The notes beneath the pieces were generated by a model. That model did no database searches. It was not told the DNA's origin and was given only the letters and a program-made list of their open reading frames with translations. A stretch of 64,000 bases of DNA. It comes from Isurus oxyrinchus. Taxonomy: Eukaryota. A program made the translations under genes and the position numbers. How positions within the stretch are numbered: position 1 is the stretch's first letter; each line of letters opens with the position of its first letter. The DNA lies in the NCBI GenBank assembly GCA_026770705.1, contig JANJGN010000052.1, positions 496,001 to 560,000 on the forward strand. Reading direction: 5' to 3'. Shown here piece by piece: positions 50,205 to 62,434 of the stretch.

Positions 50205-51589
50205 CGTGTGATGTTGGGTTAAGTTGTAATGAAACTGGTCAGTGTCCTGGTTAGAATCACCTTCGTATCAGAGAGGCATTCCAGCACAGTAGGAGCCCAT
50301 TCAGCCCATTGAGTCCATGCTGTCTCTGTGTAGAGCAATCCACTCAGTCCCATTTCCCCCTCTCTATCCCCGTATCTCTGCAAGTTTATTTCCCCTCAAG
50401 TGTCCAACCAATTTCTGTTTGATATCGTTCATCGTCTCCACTTCCACCATCCTCGTAGGCAGCGAGTTCCAGCTCATTACCACTTGCTGTGTAAAAAAGT
50501 TCCTCCTCACATCCCCCCTCTGCCCAAAACCTTCAATCTGTGTCCCCCAGTCCTTGTACCATCAGCTAATGGCAACAGCTTCTCTTTGTCTGCCTTATCT
50601 AAACCCATCATCATCTTGTACACCTCGATCAGATCCCCCCTCAATCTCCTTTGCTCCAAGGAGAACAACCCCAGCTTCTCCAACCCAACCTTGTAGCTAA
50701 AATCCCTCATCCCTGGACCCATTCTGCTCAATCTCCTCCCCACCCTCTCAAGGACCCTCACTTCCTTCCCAAAGTGAGGAGACCAGAACTGGACACAATA
50801 CTCTAGTTGTCACCTAACCAGAGCTTTATAAATGTTCAGCATAACCTCCCTGTGTTTGTACTCAATCCCTCGATTTATGAAAAGCTTATTCTTTCCATCA
50901 GCACAAACAGCAATTTCCAAGCGGACTCCCATCAGCAGACAGAGTGCAATGAAACATCGGCATGCCTGCTTCTTAATGTACGGAGAGAAACCTGGAACGA
51001 GAGATTCTCCTTCTTCTCCTCAGCAAGCTGAAACTTTTCCTTATACCTGGTGCTCCCCAGTCCTGCTGTGTGGACACATCATAACAACGGCATTGTCTGG
51101 CTGTGTGCAGCCAACATGGTCGAATAGGAATGAACAGAAATGTGACGTTGCTAAACTCTGTTCTCTGATTGGAATGTGCTTTCTGAATGCTGCACCTTTT
51201 TCATGCTGCGATAGATTGTAAGAAGCATTTGGGTTATGAATAAAATTACATTGATTAACACAAGTGATTAAAATGCTCAGCCTGTTCTGTAGCTATTTAT
51301 AGATTAAAATTCTTATTTTGCTGCCAAATTCTTGGCTCAAAGACATTACTTCATGTTGTCACGTTTTCCAATCAGATGAATTCCTGTGCCCATCTTTATA
51401 ATAGAAATTTCCAAAGTAAACATGTCACATTGCAGCTGCACACACTCCTGCCAGTGGGTGGTGCGATATGAAGGCTGCCTTGCTGCTCAGAAACAGCGAG
51501 AAATATTCCTGTTTTTGCATGAACTTCATGTTAGCATGAAACACAGGCATCAGATGCAATTTTGTACAATTTGTACAATGTTCTTTAGA

Positions 51590-51970
51590 CAGCACAGCAC
51601 TCCCTCTGTTCAAACCCTCCAACAGTGCAGCACTCCCTCAGTTCAAACCCTCCGACATTGCAGCTCTACCTCAGTTCAAACCCTCCGACAGTGCAGCACT
51701 CCCTCAGTTCAAACCCTCCGATAGTGCAGCACTCCCTCAGTTCAAACCCTCTGACAGTGCAGCACTCCCTCAGTTCAAACCCTCCGACAGTGCAGCACTC
51801 CCTAAGTACTGAACCTCCGACAGTGCTGCACTCCCTCAGTACTGACCCTCCGACAGTGCAGCACTCCCTCGGTACTGAACCTCCGACAGTGCTGCACTCC
51901 CTCAGTTCAGACCCTCTGACAGTGCAGCACTCCCTCAGTACTGATCCTCCAACAGTGCTGCACTACCTCA
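51590..51970 (-). repeat. 33-bp minisatellite array
   Basis: Variant units containing ttcaaac. Confidence 0.85.
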
Positions 51971-52124
51971 CTAATTAGTGACTGGAAGGTTTATGTTCAT
52001 TTATCTTTATTTTCCATTCCTATTGAGCAATGGAGCTCCTGATTTGCCACCTTTCTGTACCTCGTCCAATGCTTCTGTTATCAGGACTTCCACATCGATG
52101 TGAAAGAGCCATGATGATAGCAGA

Positions 52125-55100
52125 CAGTCGCACAATGGGAATGGCACTAGGCCAGTGATCCAGAGGCCCAGGTGAATGCTTTGGAGGTAAGGGTTCAAAT
52201 CCCACCACGGCAGCTGCAGGAATTTAGATTCGATTAATCAATAAATTTAATTGATTGATACATTTTTTTCTTATTCATTTCAGGGATGTTGGTGTTGCTG
52301 ACTAGGCCAGTATTTGTTGCCCATCCCCAATTGCCTTTGAGAACATATGGATATCTGAGTTAGGATCAGGAGTAGGTCACTCAGCCCCTCGAACCTGCTC
52401 CGCCATTCAGTAAGATCATGGCTGATCTGATTGTCACCTCAACCTCACATTCCTGTCTACCCCCAATGACCTTTCATCCCCTTGTTAATCAAGAATCTAT
52501 CTAGCTCTGCCTTAAAAATATTCAAAGACCCTGTTTCCACTGCCTTTTGAGGCAGAGTGTTCCAAAGACTTACTACCCTCTGAGAGAAAACATTTCGCCT
52601 CATCTCTATCTTAAATGAGCGACCCCTTATTTTTAAACCATGACCGCCTAGTTCTAGATTCTCACACAAGAGGGAACATCCTCTCCATATCCACCCTGTC
52701 AAGACTCCCCTGGATCTTAAAAGTTTTAATTAAGTTGCCTCTTACTCTTCTAAACTCCAGTGGATACAAGCCTAACCTGTCCAACCTGACCTCATAAGAC
52801 AACCCGACCAATCCTGGTATTAGTCTAGTAAACCTTCTCTGAACTGCTTCTAATGCATTTACATCTTTCTTTAAGTAAGGTGACCTTACTGTACAGAGTA
52901 CTCCAGATGTGGTCTCACCAGTGCCCTGTACAACTGAACGTAACCTCCCTACTTTTCTATTCAATTCCCCCACAGTAAATTCTAACATCCCATTAGCTTT
53001 CCGATTGACCTGCTGTATCTGCAAACCAGCCTTTTGTGATTCATGCACGAGGACACCCAGATCCCTCTGCATCTCAGAGCTCTACCATTTTAGTTACCTT
53101 TTAGATAATAATCTTCCTTCTTGTTCCTTCTGACAAAATGAACAATTTCACATGCGCCCACATTATACACCATTTGTCAGATCTTTGCCCACTCACTTAA
53201 CCTATCGATGTCACTTTCTAACCACCTTACATCCTCTTCACAATTTACTTTCCAACCTATCTTTGTGTCAGCAGCTCATTTAGCCGCCATTCCTGGGCAG
53301 TCCAGGTGCTTCTCCACCGAGGTTCAAATGAGCACAGTTTATATATTTTTTACTCTCAGTTACAACGTAATGGTATTAGTTAGACAAAGGCCACAGCACA
53401 ATGACCCTCCAGTGGGCTGATAATTGTGTTCTTGTACAGTAATTACAGGGCAGAGACTGGCTATTGTCCTTTAGAGACAGCAAAGAATCTATGTTTGTTC
53501 GCTACAAAAGGTTTCCGGAGGCTGACTGGATGTGGTTCAAGGCCATCGGAGGGTGTGAAATAACCTTCCCCATTTCTTGATTGAGTCACCCTGTGTCCTT
53601 GTGTGTGTGTCTCCCATTTCCTCATTGCAAATTTACAGCTGAGCCCTTTGTACAGGTTTTTAGCTTTCACGTAAGGATGTGATTGTCTGTGTACGCTTTG
53701 TCACCCTAGCTGCTGGTCCTGGCTGGCTCTTTAAAATAAATCCAAATTTTCTGCACCTTCAATGAGATTCTCTCTTGTTGGAGCTGGTCATTGCCTGGCA
53801 CTTGTGTGGCATGAATGTTACTTGTCACCTGTCAGCCCAAGCCTGGATGTTGTCCAGGTCTTGCTGCATTTGGACATAACTTGCTTCAGTATCTGAGGAG
53901 TCGTGAATGATGCTGAACATTGTGCAATCATCAGCAAACATCCCCACTTCTGACCTTATGATGGAAGGAAGGACATTGATGAAGCAGCTGAAGATGGTTG
54001 AGCCTAGGACACTACCCTGAGTAACTCCTGCAGTGATGTCCTGGAACTGAGATGATTGACCCCCAATAATCACAACCATCGTCCTTTGTGCTGGGTATGA
54101 CTCCAAGCAGCAGAGAGTTTTCCCCTGATTCCCATTGACTCCAGTTTTGCTCGGGCTCCTTGTTTTGCCACATTCAGTCAAATGCTGCCTTGATGTCAAG
54201 GGCAGTCCCTCTCACCTCTGGAGTTCAGCTCATTTGTGCATGTTTGAACCAAGGCTGTAATGAGGGCAGGAGCTGAATGATCCTGGTGGAACACAAACTG
54301 AGCGTCAGTGAGCAGGTTCTTGCTAAGCAGGTGCTGCTTGCAAGCGCTGTTGATGACCCCTTCCATCACTGTAGTAATGATCAAGAATAGACTGCTGGGG
54401 AATTGGCTGGGTTGGATTTGTCCTGCTTTTTGTGTACAGGACGTATCCCATAGCCGGGTAGTTGCCAGTGTTGCAGCTGTACTAGAAAATTCCAGAAAAG
54501 CTTGGCTAGGGGCGCAGCAAGTTCTGGAGCACAAGTCTTCAGTACTATTGCCAGAATATTGTCAGGGCCTGGTGCCTTTGCAATATCCAGTGCCTTCAGC
54601 CCTTTCTTGATGTCACGTGGAATTAATCGAATTGGCTAAAGAAAGGCATCTGTGATGCTGGGGACCTCCGGAGGAGGCCGAGATGGATCACCCACTCAGC
54701 ACTTCTGGCTGAAGATTGTTGTGCATGCTTCAGTCTTGTCTTTTGCACCGATGTGCTGGGCTCCTCCATCATTGAGGATGGGGATATTTGTGGAGCCTCC
54801 TCCTCCAGTGAGTTGTTTAATTGTCCACGACTGGATGTGACATCTGGAATGCGAAGCTAGTTTCAGTAATGGTGACCATGAAACTAAGGCCAATTGTTGC
54901 AAAAACCCATCTGGGTCACTAATGCCCTTTGGGGAAGGAAACCTGCCGTCCTTACCCATTCTGGCCTACGTGTGACTCCTGACCCACAGCAATGTGGTTG
55001 ACTCTTAACTGGCCCCTGAAATGGCCGAGCAAGCCACTGAGTTATATCAAAACCCGCCACAGACCAGTCAAACCAGGTGAACTGCAGCACTTCGAAAAGG

Positions 55101-55175
55101 CAGCTCAGCACCCCCTTCTCAAGGGGTCAGTCAGGAACAGGTAACAAACGCTGTCCACATCCCGTGAAAGAATTT
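52125..55175. mobile_element. Nested TE block: tRNA-derived SINE (+, head 52125-52260, tail 54840-55175) split by a LINE (-, 52262-52345 and 53765-54838) containing a CR1 (-, 52340-53290)
   Basis: B-box ggttcaaatccc in the SINE head; RT motifs GVTQGSVLG and MFADDC; CR1 LEAVQRRFTRLIPG. Confidence 0.65.
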
Positions 55176-56669
55176 TGGTAAAAAGGTAGCCGTGTATCAC
55201 CACCCACGGCCAGCGCCAACCCCCCCACCCCTACCTGATTGCACCAGTTTCAGATTACACCAGGTCAATGAACGGATAGAAACTCAAACCAATGAGATGA
55301 GCACAGAGAAGGATCAAGCCAGAGAGAGTTGGTGGGAAGAATTGGGAAAGCAACAAAAAAGGCAGAGCGGACACTAACACTATAACAAAGTAAAGACCAG
55401 AGGAGGAAGGAAGCAAGTGCGAAGAGGAATTGAGAGTAGAGCTGGTAGGCTGCTTGTCGAAGCCAAGGAACCTCCATAGGTCACACCCACAGTGCTGTTG
55501 GGGAGGGAGATACATGATTTTGACCCAGGATCATCAAGTTTTGCACTGGCAGAGCCTTTAAAGAAAAGGGACCTTCACTACCCGTGTCCCCCGCCCAACA
55601 AAGCTGTTGACATGCCGAGTCCACCTGTACAGGCAACCTCCAGACAGTTGACTACAAAGGCCATTGCAGCTGCTGAATATGACTTCCAGTTTCAAAACCT
55701 TCATGAATACAAGGATGGGGGATTCAGCAGGAATATTCCTGCACATCCTGTGGCAGATCCTGTAAATAAAAGGGACCTTCACTCACTCCTCAAAGCTGCT
55801 GACCTGCTGATTCACATCTACAGGCAACCTCCAAACAGTCGACTAGAGAAGACAATGCAGCTGCTGAATGTGACTCCTAGTTTCAAACCCTTCACTCTGG
55901 AAAGAAGGAATCCAGAGCAATGGGCCTCACTATGATACTTGACAGAAACTGATTTTAACTCTCATGTCTAAGTATTATTTTTCCTTTGCTTACATTTTAA
56001 TCCCTGCACCTGATGGCTTTATCGCTTCAACTTAAATAACTTTCAGCAGGAGCCAGGTTCAAATTGAATGGACAAGCTGGCTTGGGAGGCCAAAAGGCCT
56101 ACTCCTGCTTCTGTTTATTTATGTTGGTGTTGTTATGTAGTGGAACTAGAGAGGTTATAGCAGTTATGAGAGCATTAAGCAAACAGCAGCAAGAATTGAA
56201 CACCTACGTCGTGGTTTATGAAAAGGTTTTCAACCTGGTCAACTGGTAAAATCTGTTGAAAGTGGGCTATCATGGCGTGTGCCCTTTGTGAGATATTTGT
56301 AACAAAGTTCACGATGTCGGAACAGCTTGCATTGAACAAAGCTGATTTTTACCCCGAACTTCAGAGGAAGGGGGGACAATTGTTCCCTGGTGTGGGGGGC
56401 ATGGTGGTGGGGGAGAGACAAGTAGCCTGAAATACCAAGCCAGACACTTTGCGAAGACAAAAGTTGTTTATTCATTTTTTTTTACAAATCATCATCTTTA
56501 CAATTAAAGTCCCGACAAGATAATGGTGAATCATGAACACATTGTCGGGGTGAATCTGTGCCCGGGAGCATAAAGCAGCAAAATCAGGAACCCGCTTTAC
56601 ATCTCTCTGAATTTTAACTATCATTAACCCCAGTAACATCCATTCAAATGACTTAGTCATAAGATTCCT

Positions 56670-57060
56670 CACACATTCACTTGCACACTCACACACCCAC
56701 ACCCACACAGACACACTGACACACTCACTCATTCACATTGACACACACTGACAGTCACACACACCCACACAGACACACTGACACACTCACTCATTCACAT
56801 TGACACGCACTGACACAGTCACACACACCCACACAGACACACTGACACACTCACTCATTCACATTGACACACACTGACAGTCACACACACCCACACAGAC
56901 ACACTGACACACTCACTCATTCACATTGACACACACTGACAGTCACACACACCCACACAGACACACTGACACACTCACTCATTCACATTGACACACACAT
57001 ATTGACAGTCACACACACACACACACACACACACTCATAAAGACAGACACAAACACAGTC
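56670..57060. repeat. CA-rich ~60-bp tandem repeat
   Basis: acacccacacagacacactgacacactcactcattcacattgacacacactgacagtcac, about 5 copies. Confidence 0.85.
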
Positions 57061-57363
57061 ACGTGAGGTGAATAGTGTCGATGTATTTAAGGGGAAGCTG
57101 GATAAACACACGAGGGAGAAATGAATAGAAGGATATGGTGATGGGGTGAGATGGAGAAGGGGTGGGCGGAGACTCGTGTGGAGCAGAAACACCAGCCGGG
57201 AGCAGATGGGCCGAATGGCTTCTTTCCCTGCTGTAAAACGCAGGTAAAGTTTCAGTTGGAATTAATGAACAGGGCCTGTGTGAAATAGATTGCTAAGCAG
57301 TAGATAAGGAGGGGAGAGGCTGTGGCATGGTGCAGGATGACCTTGCATGAATGAGGCCAGGGT

Positions 57364-57480
57364 CTAAAATATGCAGCAGATACCACAAGTCTCATTTGGT
57401 TCTCTCCAATTACAGCAGTTACAGCAGAATCTGCAGTGCCGCTGTCTGCTCATTCTGTTCTGGCGCTGCAGCAAGGAGCC
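57364..57480 (-). CDS. HAMP: Hepcidin exon 3 (mature peptide)
   Basis: Acceptor cttttccag; 38 codons + TAG; eight cysteines. Confidence 0.93.
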   Translation of the reverse strand, partial: GSLLQRQNRMSRQRHCRFCCNCCNWREPNETCGICCIF

Positions 57481-60400
57481 CTGGAAAAGCAGGAGGACAA
57501 TAGGTGAGAACATTCCGGAAAGAAAGAAGGCATCATTTCAATCAGGCGCGTCATTGGAAGGAGGATGGCGCATTTCTATAGCGCCTTTCCCCTCCTCAGG
57601 ATGGCCCAAAGTGTTCCACAGCTGAAGGAAGGACTTTTTCTGAAGTGAGCTCACCGCTGTAATGTAGGAAACGCAGCAGGCAATTCACGCACAGCAAGAT
57701 CCCACAAACAGAAATGTGATAATGGCCCCGATTTTCAGTTTTTTACCAATGTCAGTTGAGGGATAAATGTTTGCCCCAGGAAAGTGGACATAACTCCACC
57801 CCATCCAGCCCCCACCACCCCCTCCACACATACCCCCCAACTCCTGACGCACTTCATTTAAATTGTGGCCATGGAATCCTCTACATCCATCTGAGAGGGC
57901 AGATGTTGTCTCAGTTTAACATCTCATCTGAAAGACAGCGCCTTCAACAGTGCAGCACCCCCTCAGTACTGACCCTCCGACTGTGCAGCACTCCCTCAGT
58001 ACTGACCGTCTGACAATGCAGCACCCCCTCAGTACTGACCCTCCAACAGTGCAGCACTCCCTCAGTACTGGCCGTCTGACAATGCAGCACCCCCTCAGTA
58101 CTGACCCTCCGACTGTGCAGTCCCCCGCCGGTACTGATCCTCTGACAGTGCAGCACTCCAAGACTGACCGTCTGACAATGCAGCACCCCCTCAGTACTGA
58201 CCCTCCGACTGTCCTGCCCCCCCGCCGGTACTGACCCTCCGACAGCTCGGTAATTTCTCAATTATGCCTGGTGGTCCTTTTAACTCAGAGCTGAGAGTTG
58301 CAGAGAATCGAGCACACATCCTGAACTGACACTTGCAGTGCAAGTACTGGGAGCGCGCTGGTCATTATCATGCTGCTGTCTGTGGGATCTTACTGTGCGC
58401 CAATGGCTGATTCTTTTCCCACAGTACATCAGTGACCTCACATGAAAGAAAAAAAGCACTTGATTGTCTGCGAAACACTTTGGGACGTCCTGATGTGTTG
58501 GAAGGCGCTAGAGAAATGCAAGTCCTCTTTGTCTTTCACTCGATCCTCTAAGGTGTCTGTTGATTAACCAGCCTCTCGGTGTATGATGTAGGCCTGGTTA
58601 TAAACAGTTAGAAGGATCAAATATCAAAAGTGCTTTGGCTGACAGTCAAACCGATTGTGCATTCGGAGAGATTAGATATGGTCTGCACACAATGACTCCA
58701 GTCTCTGGCACTGACTGCCGCCTGGGGTCTCCCTTCCACATAACACTCACAACTTGCATTTACACAGCGCCTCTGACATTGCAAAATGTCCCAGCCCACA
58801 TTACCGGAGCGTAAATCAGAGAGAAGTCTAACACTGAGTCACATATGGAGATATTAGGGTTAGGTGACCAAAAGCTTGGTCAAAGATGTCAGTTTTTAAG
58901 GAGCGTCTTAAAGGAGAGAGAGAGAGAGAGAGAGAGAGGCAGAGAGGTTAAGGGAGGGTATTCCGGAGCTCAGGGCCCCAGGCAGCTGAAGGCACGGCCA
59001 CCAATGGTGGAGCGATGGGAATCAGGGGGACCCGGGAGATGCAGTAATGTCAGAGATTTTGGAGGAACATCGGGACCGGAGGAGGTGTTCTCCTGCTCCA
59101 TATCTCTCTCTCTCTTCCTCTCATCCACTCCTCCTCTCCCTGTCTCTCTCTCTCCTACTCTTCCGCTCAATTGCCCTCTCTCCCAATCTTTCTCTCCTCT
59201 CTCCCTTTTCCTGTCTCTCTCCCTCTCTCTCCCCTGTCTCCTTCTCCCACTCTGTATCTCTCCCTCTCTCTCACACTATTTTTGTACCTTTCGCTCACTC
59301 TGTAACTCTCCCTTTCTTGTTAATTTCTCTCTCTTGGACAATCTCTCTTCCCTTTTCACTTTCCCTCACTCTGCATCTCTTTAATTTCTCCCTCTGTCAC
59401 TCTCTCCCACCTATGTTCTTTCCCTTTCACCCCTCCCCGTCCCACTCTCTGTCTCTCTCTTCCAATCCCTCCCTCCCCCATTCCATCCCTCTCTCCGACT
59501 CTCGACTCCCAGCCTCTCTTTAACCCACTCCCAGGCTGGATCAGTCTCCCTCTCACTATTCCCGGCGTGGGTTACATTTAAAATTCCTGTGGGGATATGT
59601 TCACTTCCTTGGAATTGCCTCTTCCCAGCTTTGCAAAAAAAGAGGTGGGGGGGGCTCGATTTCAAACATGCCTCCTGAGTATAACCGAGACAGACTGCCA
59701 CTGAAATCAGCTTGAAATCAGAAAACTTTCTGTGGAAGAAACGAGCAGGGAGAAACCTTAAAATAAGGAATGAATTTCCACCTACCGTGTCCGGGGAATC
59801 CACAGATTTCTCAATCGTCGAAGAACCTAAAGCAGTGTCAACCTGCAAAAAGAAAGAATTTATCAGGGAGAAAGTGAGAGGAGGATTGAGGGAGAGGGAG
59901 AGAGAGAGAGAGAGGTACAGGAGAGAGAGGGGGAGGAAGACAGACTTGCATTTCCCTAACGCCTTTCACCACATCCCAAAGCATTTCACAGCCACTGAAG
60001 GATGTTTTTGAAGTGCACTCACACTGTAGGAAATGTGGCAGCTGATTTGTGCACAGCAAGATCCCACAAATAGCAATGTGATCATGGCCTAGATCATCTG
60101 TTTTTGGTGATGTTGGTTGAGGGATAAATATTGGTCCCAGGACACCGGGGAGAACACCCCCTGCTCTTCCTCCAAATAGTGGCTGTGGGATCTTTCACAC
60201 CCGCCCGAGAGGGCAGACGGGGGACTCGGTTTAATGTCTCATTCAACATTGTTGCGCTCCCTCAGTACTAACCCTTTGACACTGCAGCACTCCCTTAGTA
60301 TTAACCCTTCGATAGTGCTGCGCTCCCTCAGTACTGTCCCTCCGTCAGTGCAGCTCTATTTCAGTACTAACCCTTCGACACAGCAGCACTCCCTCAGTAC

Positions 60401-61771
60401 TAACCCTTCGATAGTGCTGCACTCCCACAGTATTGTCCCTCCGTCAGTGCAGCGCTCCCTCAGTACTGACCCTCCGACACAGCAGCACTCCCTCAGTACT
60501 GACCTCCGACAGTATAGCACTCACTCAGTACTGTCCCTCCAATAGTGCAACACTTCCACACTACTGACCCTCTGACAGTGCAGCACTCCCTCAGCACGGA
60601 GTGTTGACCGACGTTATGGGACTGAATTCCCTGGAGTGAGACTCAGACCAGAGATTTAGGTAGGGTTGTTCCGGCTGGAGGAGGTTACAGAGATAGGGAG
60701 GGTTGTAGAGGCTGTAGGAGGTAACAGAGATAGGGAGGGTTCTAGAGGCTGTAGGAGGTGACAGAGATAGGGAAGGTTGTAGGGGCTGTAGGAGGTTACA
60801 GAGATAGGGAGGTGAGTAGGGGCTGTAGGAGGTTAATGAGATGGGGGGGGTTGTGGGGGCTGGAGGAGGTTACAGAGGTAAGGAGGGTTGTAGAGGCTGG
60901 AGGAGGTTACCAAAATAGATACTGCTGTAGGGGCCACAGTAGGTTACAGAGATAGGGAGAGTTATAGTGTGGAGAGGACGTTATAGAGTTCATGAGCATT
61001 GTAGGGGCTGGAGGAGGTTACAGTGATTCTGAGGGTCGTGGGGCCTGGAGGAGGTTACAGAGATAGGGAGGGTTGTAGGGTCTGGAGGAGGTTACAGAGA
61101 TAGGGAGGGTTGTAGGGTCTAGAGGAGGTTACAGTGATCATGAGGGTTGTGGGGCCTGGGGGAGGTTACAGAGATAGGGAGGTTTATAGGGGCTGGAGGA
61201 GGTTACAGAGATAGGGAGGGTTGTAGGGGCTGGAGGAGGTTACGGAGATAGGGAGTGTTGTAGGGGCTGGAGGAGGTAACAGAGATAGGGACAGTTGTAG
61301 GGGCTGGAGGAAGTTACAGAGATGGGGATTGTTGTAGGGACTGGAGGAGGTTACAGATATAGGGAGGGTTGTAGCGGCTGGAGGAGGTTACAGAGATAGG
61401 GAGGGTTGTAGGGGCTGGAGGAGTTTACAGAGATAGGGAGGGTTGTACGGGCTGGAGGAGGTTACAGAGATAGGGAGTCGCTGAGGAGGGATTGAAAACA
61501 AGAATGAGAATTTCAGGGGAAATGACAGAAGGAAATGATGTTAAATTCATAGAGGGCGACAATATTAAAGGCACGAACATAATAATATCAAACTGCGGAA
61601 GTGACCAGTCTATCTGGGTGGTAGATGTAGAGTCATGTGCAAGAAACACCTCACCCAGAGGGACATCTCTTAGCTTACCCTCGACAAGGAGAAGAAGTGA
61701 CTCAGCTGCAGGGAGAGCAGCAAAGTCAGAGTGAACAAGACAAGTCGCCATTTCATCTGGGAGCTTCCCAT
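57364..61771 (-). CDS. HAMP: Hepcidin precursor, 3 exons: 61679-61771, 59786-59842, 57364-57480 (88 aa)
   Basis: MGSSQMKWRLVLFTLTLLLSLQLSHFFSLSR|VDTALGSSTIEKSVDSPDT|GSLLQRQNRMSRQRHCRFCCNCCNWREPNETCGICCIF*. Signal peptide, RxxR site, 8-Cys C-xx-CC-x-CC..CG-x-CC pattern, and phase-0 GT-AG introns. Confidence 0.9.
57560..58245 (-). mobile_element. Deu-domain-type SINE with internal 33-bp array (57945-58245)
   Basis: Minus strand reads ..gctgtctttcagatgagatgttaaactgagac..ctgccctctc, continuous with the repeat unit. Confidence 0.6.
59786..59842 (-). CDS. HAMP: Hepcidin exon 2 (pro-region)
   Basis: ttctttttgcag acceptor, ACG|gtaggt donor, 57 nt, phase 0-0. Confidence 0.75.
59935..60650 (-). mobile_element. 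Deu-domain-type SINE with internal 33-bp array (60245-60600)
   Basis: Same family as 57560-58245. Confidence 0.6.
60665..61480 (+). repeat. 37-bp minisatellite (ggaggaggttacagagatagggagggttgtaggggct) in hepcidin intron 1
   Basis: About 20 tandem units. Confidence 0.9.
61679..61771 (-). CDS. HAMP: Hepcidin exon 1 (signal peptide; alternative in-frame ATG at 61756)
   Basis: Hydrophobic leader, AGG|gtaagc donor, TATA box ~70 nt upstream. Confidence 0.85.
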
Positions 61772-61842
61772 CTCTGCCTGTCTCTTCTGATCTTCTGGCT
61801 CTGCTTTGATGCTTTGGTTTGTAACTAGAGGAGCTTCCTGCT

Positions 61843-62055
61843 CTTATACCTGAAACACTTGAAGGGGACAGCCGCGGGTGGGTAGCTGTGTGGTATCACA
61901 CCCATTTCTGGATATTGCAGTGTCGATGTTCCCTGTCCCACTGGCCTGGGACCAGCAGTAAGGTCACTGGGACATTGACTGTCTGGCGCCGAGAACTATC
62001 AGTCCCTCCGCAACGCCCTTCACCTTGTGCAAATATGTGTTCATATTGATGCAAC
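61843..62055 (-). promoter_or_regulatory. Hepcidin proximal promoter: TATAAG 61843-61848, imperfect STAT-like site ~61905-61915, GGCGCC 61985-61990 abutting Smad box, C/EBP-like sites 62025-62032 and 62047-62054
   Basis: Motif matches read directly from sequence; same element classes as known HAMP promoters. Confidence 0.6.
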
Positions 62056-62434
62056 ACAACATAGCAAAAACAGAGGGGCTGGTTCTTATGTCGGCAAATC
62101 AGGTGAAGCGCACGCCCCCTAACCCCTTACTCCTCTCATTGCTACACTTACTATTTTACAAATTGTGTGCGTTGCTTTTATTTTGGACAAGGGGCCTCGA
62201 GGGGGAACTGATTTACGCTGAGGTTTAAGGGTTAACAGCCATGTCATGTGTTGATCGGTCAGTGTTTACCATGTGGAGACTGTCTGTCACCAGCTTTGTT
62301 CATGGTTTATCCAGGAACATTGAAGGGCATGAACGTTCTTGCTTTGTATGGAACAAGTTACCAACTGGGTTCAGTCATCGACTCAGACTCACATCAACAT
62401 AAACTGGCTTCTGACAGGTAAGTTTCTATTACAT

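Noticed and set aside
52130-52215. tRNA-like sequence with B-box
   Set aside because: It is a SINE head and does not form a complete cloverleaf tRNA gene.
59411-59848. 145-aa ORF as a standalone gene
   Set aside because: Only 59786-59842 has exon boundaries (hepcidin exon 2); the rest is intron and CT-rich low-complexity sequence.
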